NCBI GenBank assembly: GCA_947646585.1
Contig: CANSHD010000002.1
Span: forward strand, 203,614-267,613
From: an uncultured Alphaproteobacteria bacterium
GTDB lineage: Bacteria > Pseudomonadota > Alphaproteobacteria > Rs-D84
Length of the DNA stretch: 64,000 bases
Reading direction: 5' to 3'
Part shown: positions 18,575-26,935 of the stretch, one piece after another
How positions within the stretch are numbered: position 1 is the stretch's first letter
Layout: each line of letters starts with the position of its first letter
Program-made: the position numbers and the translations under genes
Notes under the pieces: generated by a model
The model's database searches: none
Seen by the model: only the letters and a program-made list of their open reading frames with translations
Told to the model about the DNA's origin: nothing

Positions 18575-18816
18575 ATGCCTGCGGGTGTTCCGCAGGTGGG
18601 GCGTCAGAACCTCTGCCTTAGCGTCGGGATAAGATTCAACAGGCGCGCATTTCCGCGCCGATTTTATTATCACGGCGACAAATATACTCCTGAACAAACG
18701 GTTCAGGAGGGTTCGCGGAATATCCAATACGCGACGCAATTCTAAGGATTGTTCTGAACCTCCTGAACCACCAATGTTTGGTGGTTTTTTCATAAAACAT
18801 CAGGAGAAAAAGAACT
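18575..18816 (+). ncRNA. structured 5' leader A (candidate riboswitch or attenuator)
   Basis: About 240 nt, alignable along its length to the minus-strand leader at 22347..22585. Contains hairpin CCTGCGG-GTGTT-CCGCAGG, two hairpin-plus-T-run terminators and alternative pairings. Confidence 0.55.
18766..18790 (+). terminator. intrinsic terminator inside leader A
   Basis: AACCACCAA-TGT-TTGGTGGTTTTTT, 27 nt before the ATG at 18817. Confidence 0.65.
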
Positions 18817-19089
18817 ATGAAAAAAACTTTAGTGATTATATGTGGTGGCGTACTGTTTGCCGGTCCGGCAATGACAATGACGTGCAGCATTAGTTCGGTG
18901 CCGGCATCTTGCATAGCAAATACCGAAACTTGCAGTGGGGGATATTGTACAACCACCTATAAATATACCGCGGCCAGTCAAAAGTGCACATGCTCAGGCA
19001 ACGGATGCTGCACATGTGCATATTTATCAAATCCGTTGTGCACCCAATGCCCGACCTCGTTCAAAGGCGTGGAATGTCCATTATGCTAA
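18817..19089 (+). CDS. small secreted Cys-dense peptide (90 aa)
   Basis: AGGAG RBS and signal peptide MKKTLVIICGGVLFAGPAMT. The mature part of about 70 aa has about 15 Cys. Confidence 0.65.
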   Translation: MKKTLVIICGGVLFAGPAMTMTCSISSVPASCIANTETCSGGYCTTTYKYTAASQKCTCSGNGCCTCAYLSNPLCTQCPTSFKGVECPLC

Positions 19090-19107
19090 TCGGTTTGGGG
19101 GTATAAA

Positions 19108-19509
19108 ATGCGAAAGAATATTTTATTGGCGTGTGCGGTTGTGTCCGCAACAACAATCTCCAATGCTTTGGCGGACTGCAATCCATCGGGCACCAGCTGC
19201 AGCGCATGTACAACATACAGGTGCAATTCAGGTTATTACGGAACAGCAACATCTGGCAGTTCCGGCTGTACGGTCTGTCCGTCAAATGCAACATGCGCCG
19301 GCGGCAATGGTTCAACTTTTATATGCAACCAGGGGTATTATAAAAGCGGCTCTGCCTGTGCGCGCTGTCCGGCATCGGGCGGAGTGTACGGCACGACCAA
19401 GTCCACGGGGGCAACGTCCATAACGGCATGTTATATTCCGTCCGGAACCGCATTTACTGACACCGGTGGCAGTGGTTCGTACACAGGCGACTGTTATTAC
19501 ACCAATTAA
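19108..19509 (+). CDS. secreted cysteine-rich protein, family member P2
   Basis: Signal peptide and CxxGYY units. C-terminus is CARCPASGGVYGTTKSTGATSITACYIPSGTAFTDTGGSGSYTGDCYYTN. Confidence 0.8.
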   Translation: MRKNILLACAVVSATTISNALADCNPSGTSCSACTTYRCNSGYYGTATSGSSGCTVCPSNATCAGGNGSTFICNQGYYKSGSACARCPASGGVYGTTKSTGATSITACYIPSGTAFTDTGGSGSYTGDCYYTN

Positions 19510-19531
19510 GACAATCGCCCTTAACGGGCGA

Positions 19532-21097
19532 TTAAAAATCAAATGACAGGGATAGTGTTGCGCTGTATGACATTCCCATATTGTCATGTAGCGCCCCTAT
19601 TCCGACATAAATAATCGCATCGTCTTCCGGCAAAGAAAGTCCAATTCGTGCATCGGCCTGCAGGCCGCCGTCGTTGTCTGAAATTATTCGGGCGTCATAT
19701 GTATAATTAATGTCTGTGGTTTTATGCGTATGGCGCGCAATGACACCGGCCCTAAGATTTATATCGGTTGAATGTTGTATAACATTTGCATAACGTGCCG
19801 CCAGCCCCACAATCGGCGTTAGCGTCATGTTATCTGCTACCAGAAATTTCGGCCCGGTGTCGGCATAAAAATCAGCGGCAAAGCCCGACGGGTCGGACGC
19901 GGTTGCGGCGCCCGATTGTAATACCGGCGTGGTGAACCGGGCCGCGGTTATGGTAATGCCGGAATCGGCAAAAATATGCGGCGCGTCATACCGGACATAT
20001 GCGTCACCGCCCGCCAGTTTGGCCGAATAATCATCGATACCGTCCGTGAAATTCATATCCGCCGCATGAATTGTAACCGATGCGCGCACCGGTTTGGCTG
20101 TGCCGGTGTTCAAGCCCGCCCTGATTCCGTATGCATCAATATTTTGACCGGTGATAATAAACGGTGCGATTTGCATTGGAGCCGGCACCCCGTCATCCGT
20201 GTGCATTGCGCCGACGTGTCTGTTAAATGTCTGTATGGGGCGGGCCAATGCGCGCGTGTTGATGCGCATAGATTTGTTCATTATGCGCCCCAGCGCGGGC
20301 ATGTCTGTCGCCCGGTCCAGACGTTGCAGCAGATTGTCATCGGGATTTATCGTACGCAGGGCGTTTAAAAATTCGCCCGTCTGATTTCCCATTATTTTAT
20401 AATAATCCGTTTCACGTGCCAATTCAGCGTACAAGGCGCCGCCGCGAATCACCGTGCGCAACGCATACAGCGGATTTATATCGTCGGCATGCAGATGCAT
20501 TGTGCCGCTGCCCGTGACACGCCAGAAAATCGGCGTGTTAAAATCAATGTCTGCCATTTTTATGTGCAGCTCGTTATCGCCGACCAACTCTATCGGCACC
20601 GGCATCGCACGCGACATAAGCATTATTTCGGGCGACAGAACAATTCCGGAATCGACCAGTATGACTTTGTCCGCGGCGGACGATATGCGCCGAATATCCG
20701 TCCACTGTAAATCGGCCGCCCTGTACACGATGATATTGTAGTTGTCGGCGACATTTATGTCCGTAATGTCATCGGGCGTGCGAATAATTTGCGTTAAGCT
20801 GGCGCTTGCGCCCAATGTAATTTCGCCGTCAATCGTGCCGCTGTTTTTAATATAAACATCACGGCCGTCCGCGACAAACACGTCGCCGGACAAAACGCCA
20901 TGGTTCTGCAGGTAAGATGATGCGGTAATGTTGATTTGATTAAAGTCCAGAAAAGCTCCACCGTCAACAACAGTGCTGTCCGCAATATTCAAGATATCGC
21001 CGTACATGTTGCTGTCAAAATATTCTGCCATGGCCGGCATAGGTATCAACATAATGCACAGCATAAAACGATGCTTCACCAATCCCCCCATCTCCAA
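19532..21097 (-). CDS. autotransporter-like outer-membrane protein
   Basis: 521 aa with signal peptide ...MLIPMPAMA and a repetitive passenger region. C-terminal beta-barrel-like alternating pattern ends ...SATLSLSFDF (terminal Phe). The exact start is ambiguous. Confidence 0.7.
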   Translation of the reverse strand: MEMGGLVKHRFMLCIMLIPMPAMAEYFDSNMYGDILNIADSTVVDGGAFLDFNQINITASSYLQNHGVLSGDVFVADGRDVYIKNSGTIDGEITLGASASLTQIIRTPDDITDINVADNYNIIVYRAADLQWTDIRRISSAADKVILVDSGIVLSPEIMLMSRAMPVPIELVGDNELHIKMADIDFNTPIFWRVTGSGTMHLHADDINPLYALRTVIRGGALYAELARETDYYKIMGNQTGEFLNALRTINPDDNLLQRLDRATDMPALGRIMNKSMRINTRALARPIQTFNRHVGAMHTDDGVPAPMQIAPFIITGQNIDAYGIRAGLNTGTAKPVRASVTIHAADMNFTDGIDDYSAKLAGGDAYVRYDAPHIFADSGITITAARFTTPVLQSGAATASDPSGFAADFYADTGPKFLVADNMTLTPIVGLAARYANVIQHSTDINLRAGVIARHTHKTTDINYTYDARIISDNDGGLQADARIGLSLPEDDAIIYVGIGALHDNMGMSYSATLSLSFDF

Positions 21098-21135
21098 TGG
21101 AGGTCAGATTAGCACATAAGAATATTTTCTTAAAG

Positions 21136-21741
21136 TTAAAATTGACGTTCGCGACATATGCGCCGCAAAAAAGCCTGAAGACGCGATGATATTATGGTCT
21201 CGTCCGCGCTGCATTTTACAAGAAAATCCATGTCCAGGCCCGCGCGCAGAAAATCCAGCGGCGTGCACGTATTTGTGACACGCACACGATTGTCGTCTGG
21301 CATGTTGGCGCGGATGCGGGCGATATCAAAATTATTTTCCGGCGGGATAAAATACAGTGTCTTGAACGAATAATCACGCCCGTAACCGTTTCTCAGGAAC
21401 CAGTCGCGCAATTGTGCGGCATATTTCGGCTGAATGACGTCATAGACCAGATTCGTGTCCATGTGGTTTAGTATTTCGGATTCCGGAACACCGTATAACC
21501 ATTTGGGCTTGCCGGGCGTCCAAAAGGCCTCGTTCACCCACAGGCGGGTTGCCAGTGCTGCGGTGTCAAAATATTGTTCGTCGCGGAAATAATATTCACG
21601 ACCATCGACCTCGCCCGGGCGCATGGGGCGTGTTGTCGCCGAAACCAGCTTATGAAAATGACCCGCCGGCAGGTGATGCTCTATAAAATAGGATTTTCCA
21701 CTGCCCGACAGGCCACAGCAACACAGAACTGTCTTTTTCAT
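21136..21741 (-). CDS. guanylate-kinase-like P-loop kinase
   Basis: GLSGSGKS P-loop and SATTRPMRPGEVDGREYYF (Gmk signature TTRxxRxGExxGxxYxF). The C-terminal half is divergent. Confidence 0.65.
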   Translation of the reverse strand: MKKTVLCCCGLSGSGKSYFIEHHLPAGHFHKLVSATTRPMRPGEVDGREYYFRDEQYFDTAALATRLWVNEAFWTPGKPKWLYGVPESEILNHMDTNLVYDVIQPKYAAQLRDWFLRNGYGRDYSFKTLYFIPPENNFDIARIRANMPDDNRVRVTNTCTPLDFLRAGLDMDFLVKCSADETIISSRLQAFLRRICRERQF

Positions 21742-21803
21742 TATCGCCCCCTTATGCTTTCATATGCCTTATTGTAAATAAAAATGCATTCGGGGGCAAC
21801 GGT

Positions 21804-22346
21804 TTAGTTTTTATAATAGCAGTTTCCGGTATATTCAAACGAGCCTGTCGAATCGCTGGACTTGGTGCCCGCCGGGATATAACACTCTGTTATCGCCGTG
21901 GCGCCGGGCCCCGACGTGGTGCCTGCAACGCCACCCGATGACGGACATGCGGTGCAACCACTGCAGCTGGTTTTTAAATTGTTCAGTTTTGCCGTGCCGT
22001 AATACCCCTTTTGACAGCGCGCGGTTATATCGTATGTGCAAACATTGTTGACGCATCCTTTGCTTGCCACCTTGTCGCAACCACCGCCCATGTCGGTAAC
22101 CGTTTCGCTGTTGCATGTGGTGGGGTCACATACTATCGGATCGATTGGATCAACGACGCCTACATTGCATGGCTCGCAACAAGTGGCATCATACCTTATA
22201 CATTCGCCATATACGGGCCCGTTTACGTCCTGAGAAATCCTTCGACATTCGAAACATGTTATTGTTGGGTCGACAAAGACTGCGTATGCATTTCCAATCA
22301 ATGTCACACCTGCACCGATTGCGGATATTATTATTTTGGTTTTCAT
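21804..22346 (-). CDS. secreted cysteine-rich protein, family member P3
   Basis: Start moved to ATG 22346 (AGGAG RBS; MKTKIIISAIGAGVTLIGNAYA). C-terminus is CTACPSSGGVAGTTSGPGATAITECYIPAGTKSSDSTGSFEYTGNCYYKN. Confidence 0.8.
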   Translation of the reverse strand: MKTKIIISAIGAGVTLIGNAYAVFVDPTITCFECRRISQDVNGPVYGECIRYDATCCEPCNVGVVDPIDPIVCDPTTCNSETVTDMGGGCDKVASKGCVNNVCTYDITARCQKGYYGTAKLNNLKTSCSGCTACPSSGGVAGTTSGPGATAITECYIPAGTKSSDSTGSFEYTGNCYYKN

Positions 22347-22585
22347 TTGTTCAATCTCCTGGCTTTTTTCGAAATGAAAAACCACCAAAACATTTGGTGG
22401 TCAGGAGGTTGACTACAATCTTACGAATTGTGTGCTTATTCAATATATTCGCAGCCCTCCTGACCGGGTCAGGAGTTTATTTTTCGCCCAAATAGTAAAA
22501 ACGGCGCCAAACAGCGCGCCATATGTACATATTTCGACGCGTAAGCAGAGGTAGTCACACCCCACAAGCGGAACACCCGCCTGCA
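22347..22585 (-). ncRNA. structured 5' leader B, homolog of leader A
   Basis: The minus strand reads ATGCAGGCGGGTGTTCCGCTTGTGGGG...CTCCTGACCCGGTCAGGAGG...CCTCCTGACCACCAAATGTTTTGGTGGTTTTT, with the same element order as leader A. Confidence 0.55.
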
Positions 22586-22591
22586 TAAAAA

Positions 22592-22620
22592 ATTATATAG
22601 CGCGGCGCATTATATTTCAA
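22592..22620 (-). promoter_or_regulatory. candidate sigma70 promoter of leader B
   Basis: The minus strand reads TTGAAA, 17-nt spacer, TATAAT, then TTTTT and the conserved leader start. Confidence 0.55.
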
Positions 22621-22623
22621 TAT

Positions 22624-22650
22624 AAAAAATCCCGGCGTAATGGCCGGGAT
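22624..22650 (-). terminator. rpoD intrinsic terminator
   Basis: The minus strand reads CCCGGCC-ATTA-CGCCGGGATTTTTT directly after the rpoD stop. Confidence 0.7.
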
Positions 22651-22653
22651 ATG

Positions 22654-24735
22654 TTAATCTTCCAAGAAACTGCGCAATTTTCTGGCGCGCGTCGGGTGCT
22701 TTAACTTGTTAAGCGCCTTTTGCTCTATCTGGCGGATACGTTCACGCGTAACACCGATATATTCGCCAACCTCTTCCAGTGTGCTGGTTTTGTTGGTGCT
22801 CATACCGAAACGCTGGCGCAGAACGGTTTCCTCTTTCGGGTCCAGTTCCGACAAAATCTGTGTAACGATTTTGCGCAGGTTTTTCTGGGCCGCCGATGTG
22901 AACGGATTCTTGGCCGTTTCGTCCGCGATGATTTCAATACGGCTGCTGTCGTCTTCGGTGCCGACGGGCGCCTCCAGCGAAATCGGCTTTAAGTTGACTT
23001 TCATCGCCTTGTGTATCTTGTCCACCGGCAGATAGATAATCTTTGACAATTCTTCGGCGGTCGGATTGCGGCCGTATTTGTGCATAAACTGGCGCGACGC
23101 ACGCTGAATCTTGTGTATGTTGTCAATCATGTGCACCGGGATACGAATTGTACGCGCCTGGTCGGCGATACTGCGTGATATGCCCTGCTGAATCCAGTTG
23201 GTCGCATATGTCGAGAATTTGTTACCCAGACGATAATCAAACTTGTCAACCGCCTTCATCAAACCGATATTACCGTCCTGAACCAAGTCCGAGAAATCAA
23301 GGCCCAGACCACGGTTGCTGGATTTTTTTGCAAATTTGATAACAAGACGCAGGTTGGCTTCTATCATTTCGCGCTTTGCACGGGCGGCCTCGGTCTGGCC
23401 GCGGCGGACCAGTTCCACAACCTTTTTGTATTCCGCGGTCGGCTGGCCGGTCTCGTTGGCGATAGCGGTGATGTCGTCCTGAATCTTTAAGATATCCTTT
23501 TCGTGCTTTTTGGCAAAGTTCGCCCAGACGGCATTCTTTGATTTCGCCAGCTTTTTTACCCAGTTGCGGTTCAATTCATTGCCCGCATATTCGGCCAGGA
23601 AGTCTTCGCGCTTAATCTTGTTTGCCAGCGCCAGACGCAGCAGCTTGCCCTCAAGCCCCATCAACAACTGGTCGCGCTGTGTCAGGCGTTCCAGAATTTC
23701 GGCATTGCGGTCGTCGTTTAAGCGAATCTTGCTGACGTGTTCAAACAATTCCAGACGCATTTTGGCGTATTTCTTTTCCAGCGCCTCGTCCGGCGTATTG
23801 GAGGTCAACAGATTTTCCAGACGTTTCGCCTGCAGTTTCTGCATGCTGTTGAATGTCTTTTTAATCTTGGCGAACAGTTCCGTCACCATCGGCATTAAAG
23901 CCTCTTCCATGACAGGAATCGGAACGCCCGACGTGCCGCGCGGCGTTTCTTCTTTCTTTACGCCGTCTTCGTCATCCGCATCTTCGTCCTCGTCGTCTTC
24001 GTCCGATGCGGTGGATTCCTCCAAGTCGTCCAGTTCGTCGTCATCCAGTTCATCCACATGCTCAACGCCCTTGGATTTCAAGGCCTCTGACAATGCGGCC
24101 AGGGATTTCTGTTCGGCGTCACTGGAATACATAACCTCAAGATTCACGATATAGCGCAGGCGAATGTCCTCGTTTAACAACTGCTGATACCAATCCAGCA
24201 TTGCCTGAATTGTCATCGGGCTTTCGCACAGGCCGTATACCATCAGGCGCGACGCGGCCTCTATACGCTGGGCGATTGCAACCTCGCCCGCCGCGGTTAA
24301 CAACTGAACCGTGCCGATTTGTTTTAAATATGACTGTACGGAATCCTGAACGCCCAAAACCAGACTGCCGGTCTGGCTGCGTTCCAGCTGTTTGGCGAAA
24401 TGTTCATAATCGTCGTCGTTGACGTCAACCTGTTCGGCGTCCGCGTTTAACAGATTACGTGTCTTATCGCGCGGCTCGTCCGAGTCGTCGTCATAATATT
24501 TCCCCATGTCCTGCGGGAAATTATCCGACTCCAGGATTTCCAATCCCAAATCCTGCTGAAAGAAATCCAGGACTTCGTCCTGTTCTTCGGCCGGAATTTC
24601 GTCGGCCTCGGTTGCGGCGTCAAAGTCCATCTGGGACATATAGCCAACCTCGGCGGCGCTGGTCGCAAGTTTTTGTAAATTTTCCGGCAGAGACTCTATC
24701 AACAATCTTGTTGCGTCGTCCAGTTTTTTCGCCAT
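22654..24735 (-). CDS. rpoD: RNA polymerase sigma-70 factor RpoD
   Basis: Start set at ATG 24735 (MAKKLDD). Acidic insertion. Regions 2-4 include [18 protein letters not shown]-like [18 protein letters not shown] and [20 protein letters not shown]. Confidence 0.95.
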   Translation of the reverse strand: MAKKLDDATRLLIESLPENLQKLATSAAEVGYMSQMDFDAATEADEIPAEEQDEVLDFFQQDLGLEILESDNFPQDMGKYYDDDSDEPRDKTRNLLNADAEQVDVNDDDYEHFAKQLERSQTGSLVLGVQDSVQSYLKQIGTVQLLTAAGEVAIAQRIEAASRLMVYGLCESPMTIQAMLDWYQQLLNEDIRLRYIVNLEVMYSSDAEQKSLAALSEALKSKGVEHVDELDDDELDDLEESTASDEDDEDEDADDEDGVKKEETPRGTSGVPIPVMEEALMPMVTELFAKIKKTFNSMQKLQAKRLENLLTSNTPDEALEKKYAKMRLELFEHVSKIRLNDDRNAEILERLTQRDQLLMGLEGKLLRLALANKIKREDFLAEYAGNELNRNWVKKLAKSKNAVWANFAKKHEKDILKIQDDITAIANETGQPTAEYKKVVELVRRGQTEAARAKREMIEANLRLVIKFAKKSSNRGLGLDFSDLVQDGNIGLMKAVDKFDYRLGNKFSTYATNWIQQGISRSIADQARTIRIPVHMIDNIHKIQRASRQFMHKYGRNPTAEELSKIIYLPVDKIHKAMKVNLKPISLEAPVGTEDDSSRIEIIADETAKNPFTSAAQKNLRKIVTQILSELDPKEETVLRQRFGMSTNKTSTLEEVGEYIGVTRERIRQIEQKALNKLKHPTRARKLRSFLED

Positions 24736-24769
24736 GAACAAACCCCTGAATTTCTAAGGTTATAAAGAA

Positions 24770-25288
24770 TTATTTTTTCGCCTTGGCCACAGCCTCGTGC
24801 AGGGCGGATTCGGACACCAGACCCAACACTATCGGGCTTTGAATCTGAATCAAAGAATAGGATTTGTGCGTCTTGTTCCGTACGGACGCAACCGTCGGAT
24901 TCGTGCTGCGCATCAGGCGCGCAATCTGGCCGTCGGACAATTCCGGATAATTCTTTACAATCCACAAAATGCCGCCCAGACGGTTCTGGCGGTGCAGTTT
25001 CGGCGTATAACCGACGCCCTTTTTATTCTGGGCTTTTTGTGCAACCACGATTTCTTCACGCAGTGTTAAACGCGCATTCGGGTCCGCTTCGCACTTTTCA
25101 ATGTCTTCACGTGTTACCTGGCCGTTCAAAATCGGATTCAGCCCCTGGACCTTGCATGTTTCGGCGTCGGCTATGTTCTTAACCTCCAATTCATGCATGC
25201 CGCAGAAATCTGCAATCTGTTCAAACGTCAGGGCTGTATTTTCAATCAACCAAAGTGCGGTGGATTTAGGCATATATGGATAATTCAT
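24770..25288 (-). CDS. DUF1013 (TrcR-like) protein
   Basis: Start set at MNYPYMPKSTALWLIENTALTFEQIADFCGMHELEV, matching the conserved alphaproteobacterial DUF1013 N-terminus. Confidence 0.75.
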   Translation of the reverse strand: MNYPYMPKSTALWLIENTALTFEQIADFCGMHELEVKNIADAETCKVQGLNPILNGQVTREDIEKCEADPNARLTLREEIVVAQKAQNKKGVGYTPKLHRQNRLGGILWIVKNYPELSDGQIARLMRSTNPTVASVRNKTHKSYSLIQIQSPIVLGLVSESALHEAVAKAKK

Positions 25289-25349
25289 GGATATTCCTCT
25301 TATTGCTGGGGGCAATATAGCGTAAAACAGCCCTGATTTCAAGAATAAA

Positions 25350-26777
25350 TTATGCCTTTTTGATGATTTTTGCCCCGTCTTTGGTATCAACCACACTCCA
25401 ACCGGCCGCATCTATCTGCGCACGCAGTTCGTCGGCGCGCGCCCAATCACGGGCGGCCTTGGCCGCGGCGCGGGCGTTTGCCAGTGCCAAAATGTCCGCC
25501 GGCACATCCGCGGCTTCAAGTTCCTTTAACTTTTGCGCGGCCGGAATTAAGCGCAGGCCCAACAGGCGGTCGATAAATTCAACCAAAGCGTATTTGGTAT
25601 CCGCGTCAACAGACGGGCTTTTTAACAGTTCCTGAACGGCAACCAAGGCCTCGGCCGTTTTTAAATTATCCGACACCGCCCCCAATATTTTATCATGCCA
25701 TTCGTCAAACACGGCGGAATCTATGGCATTGGATGCTTTTGTATCAATTATGTCCGCAACGCGACGGACCAGATTTTTATATCCGTTTGCGGCGGCGTCC
25801 AGCCCCTCCCACGAGAAGGCCAGCTGGGACTGGTAATGTCCCATCAGCAACATATAGCGATATGCCATCGGGTCGTATCCGCGATTTTTTAACACCGACA
25901 GGGTTAAAAACTCACCGCTGGATTTGGACATTTTTTCGCCGCTTTTATCCACCAAAAATTCAGAATGCACCCAGTATTTCACCCATGGCGCACCGGTAAT
26001 CGGTTCGCTTTGCGCGATTTCATTTGCATGATGCACGCGCGACAGGTCAACGCCGCCGGTATGAATATCGAAATGCGCCCCCAGCAGCGCCATGGACATT
26101 GCGCTGCATTCTATGTGCCAGCCGGGGAATCCGACACCCCAGGGACTTGCCCATTCCATCTGGCGCTTTTTATCCGTGGGCGAAAATTTCCACAATGCAA
26201 AGTCTGTGGGATTGCGTTTGGCATCATTGAACTCCACACGGGCGCCCGCACGGTTTCCGCCCAACGCCCCGCCGGTCAGCGCGCCGTATGCCGCAAATTT
26301 GGACGTGTCGTAATAAATACCGTCGCCCGGAATTTCATATGTATACCCCAAATCGACAAGTTTCTGCACCAGGTCAATCTGCTGCTGTATGTATTCGGTT
26401 GCACGCGGGCGCGCAGACGGTTCCAACAAATTCAAATCGGCCGAATCCCGCAGAAATTCATCCGTATAAAATTTTGCAACATCCCAGACAGACTTGTTTT
26501 CGCGGGCGGCGCCCTTTTCCATTTTGTCTTCGCCGGAATCGTCGTCGTCACTGGTTAAATGACCGACGTCCGTTATGTTCATAACATTGAACACCTCGTA
26601 TCCGTTTTCCAGAAACATGCGCTTTAACAAATCGGCCAAAACAAAACTGCGCAGGTTGCCGATATGCGTGTAATGATACACCGTCGGACCGCATGAATAA
26701 AAGCCCACATGCCCCGGTGTCAAGGGTTGAAAGTCTTCCATTTTTCGCGACATTGTATTGAAAAGTCTGATATTCAT
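25350..26777 (-). CDS. cysS: cysteine--tRNA ligase
   Basis: FYSCGPTVYHYTHIGNLR (HIGH region) and KMSKSSG (KMSKS). Confidence 0.95.
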   Translation of the reverse strand: MNIRLFNTMSRKMEDFQPLTPGHVGFYSCGPTVYHYTHIGNLRSFVLADLLKRMFLENGYEVFNVMNITDVGHLTSDDDDSGEDKMEKGAARENKSVWDVAKFYTDEFLRDSADLNLLEPSARPRATEYIQQQIDLVQKLVDLGYTYEIPGDGIYYDTSKFAAYGALTGGALGGNRAGARVEFNDAKRNPTDFALWKFSPTDKKRQMEWASPWGVGFPGWHIECSAMSMALLGAHFDIHTGGVDLSRVHHANEIAQSEPITGAPWVKYWVHSEFLVDKSGEKMSKSSGEFLTLSVLKNRGYDPMAYRYMLLMGHYQSQLAFSWEGLDAAANGYKNLVRRVADIIDTKASNAIDSAVFDEWHDKILGAVSDNLKTAEALVAVQELLKSPSVDADTKYALVEFIDRLLGLRLIPAAQKLKELEAADVPADILALANARAAAKAARDWARADELRAQIDAAGWSVVDTKDGAKIIKKA

Positions 26778-26888
26778 TATGCGTCCTTTTATGTATGTTC
26801 GGAGATATATTTGATACGAATTTTACAGCAAATCGGCCGGCCTGCACAAGCTTTTTAACAACAACAGAAAAAATCGGTATAAATTAAA

Positions 26889-26914
26889 GCCATACAAAAA
26901 GTATGGCTTATTTG
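26889..26914 (-). terminator. hairpin terminator downstream of the glycosyltransferase gene
   Basis: AGCCATAC-AAAAA-GTATGGCT with flanking T-rich sequence on the minus strand. Confidence 0.45.
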
Positions 26915-26935
26915 GCGTAGCAAGTCAATCGTTAT

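Noticed and set aside
18575-18816. T-box, ykkC/guanidine, ZTP, SAM-II, c-di-GMP, glycine or fluoride riboswitch identity for the leaders
   Set aside because: I could not find the defining conserved boxes of any of these classes by eye. This is not a substitute for an Rfam scan.
19357-19509. The C-terminal family module as a PEP-CTERM, sortase (LPxTG) or T9SS-type sorting signal, or as a DGR variable region
   Set aside because: It has no terminal hydrophobic helix with a basic tail and no LPxTG. No reverse transcriptase or template repeat is present in the window.
19513-19533. Hairpin AATCGCCC-TTAA-CGGGCGATT between P2 and the autotransporter gene as a rho-independent terminator
   Set aside because: The hairpin is real, but it lacks a T-run on either strand, so I did not list it as a terminator.
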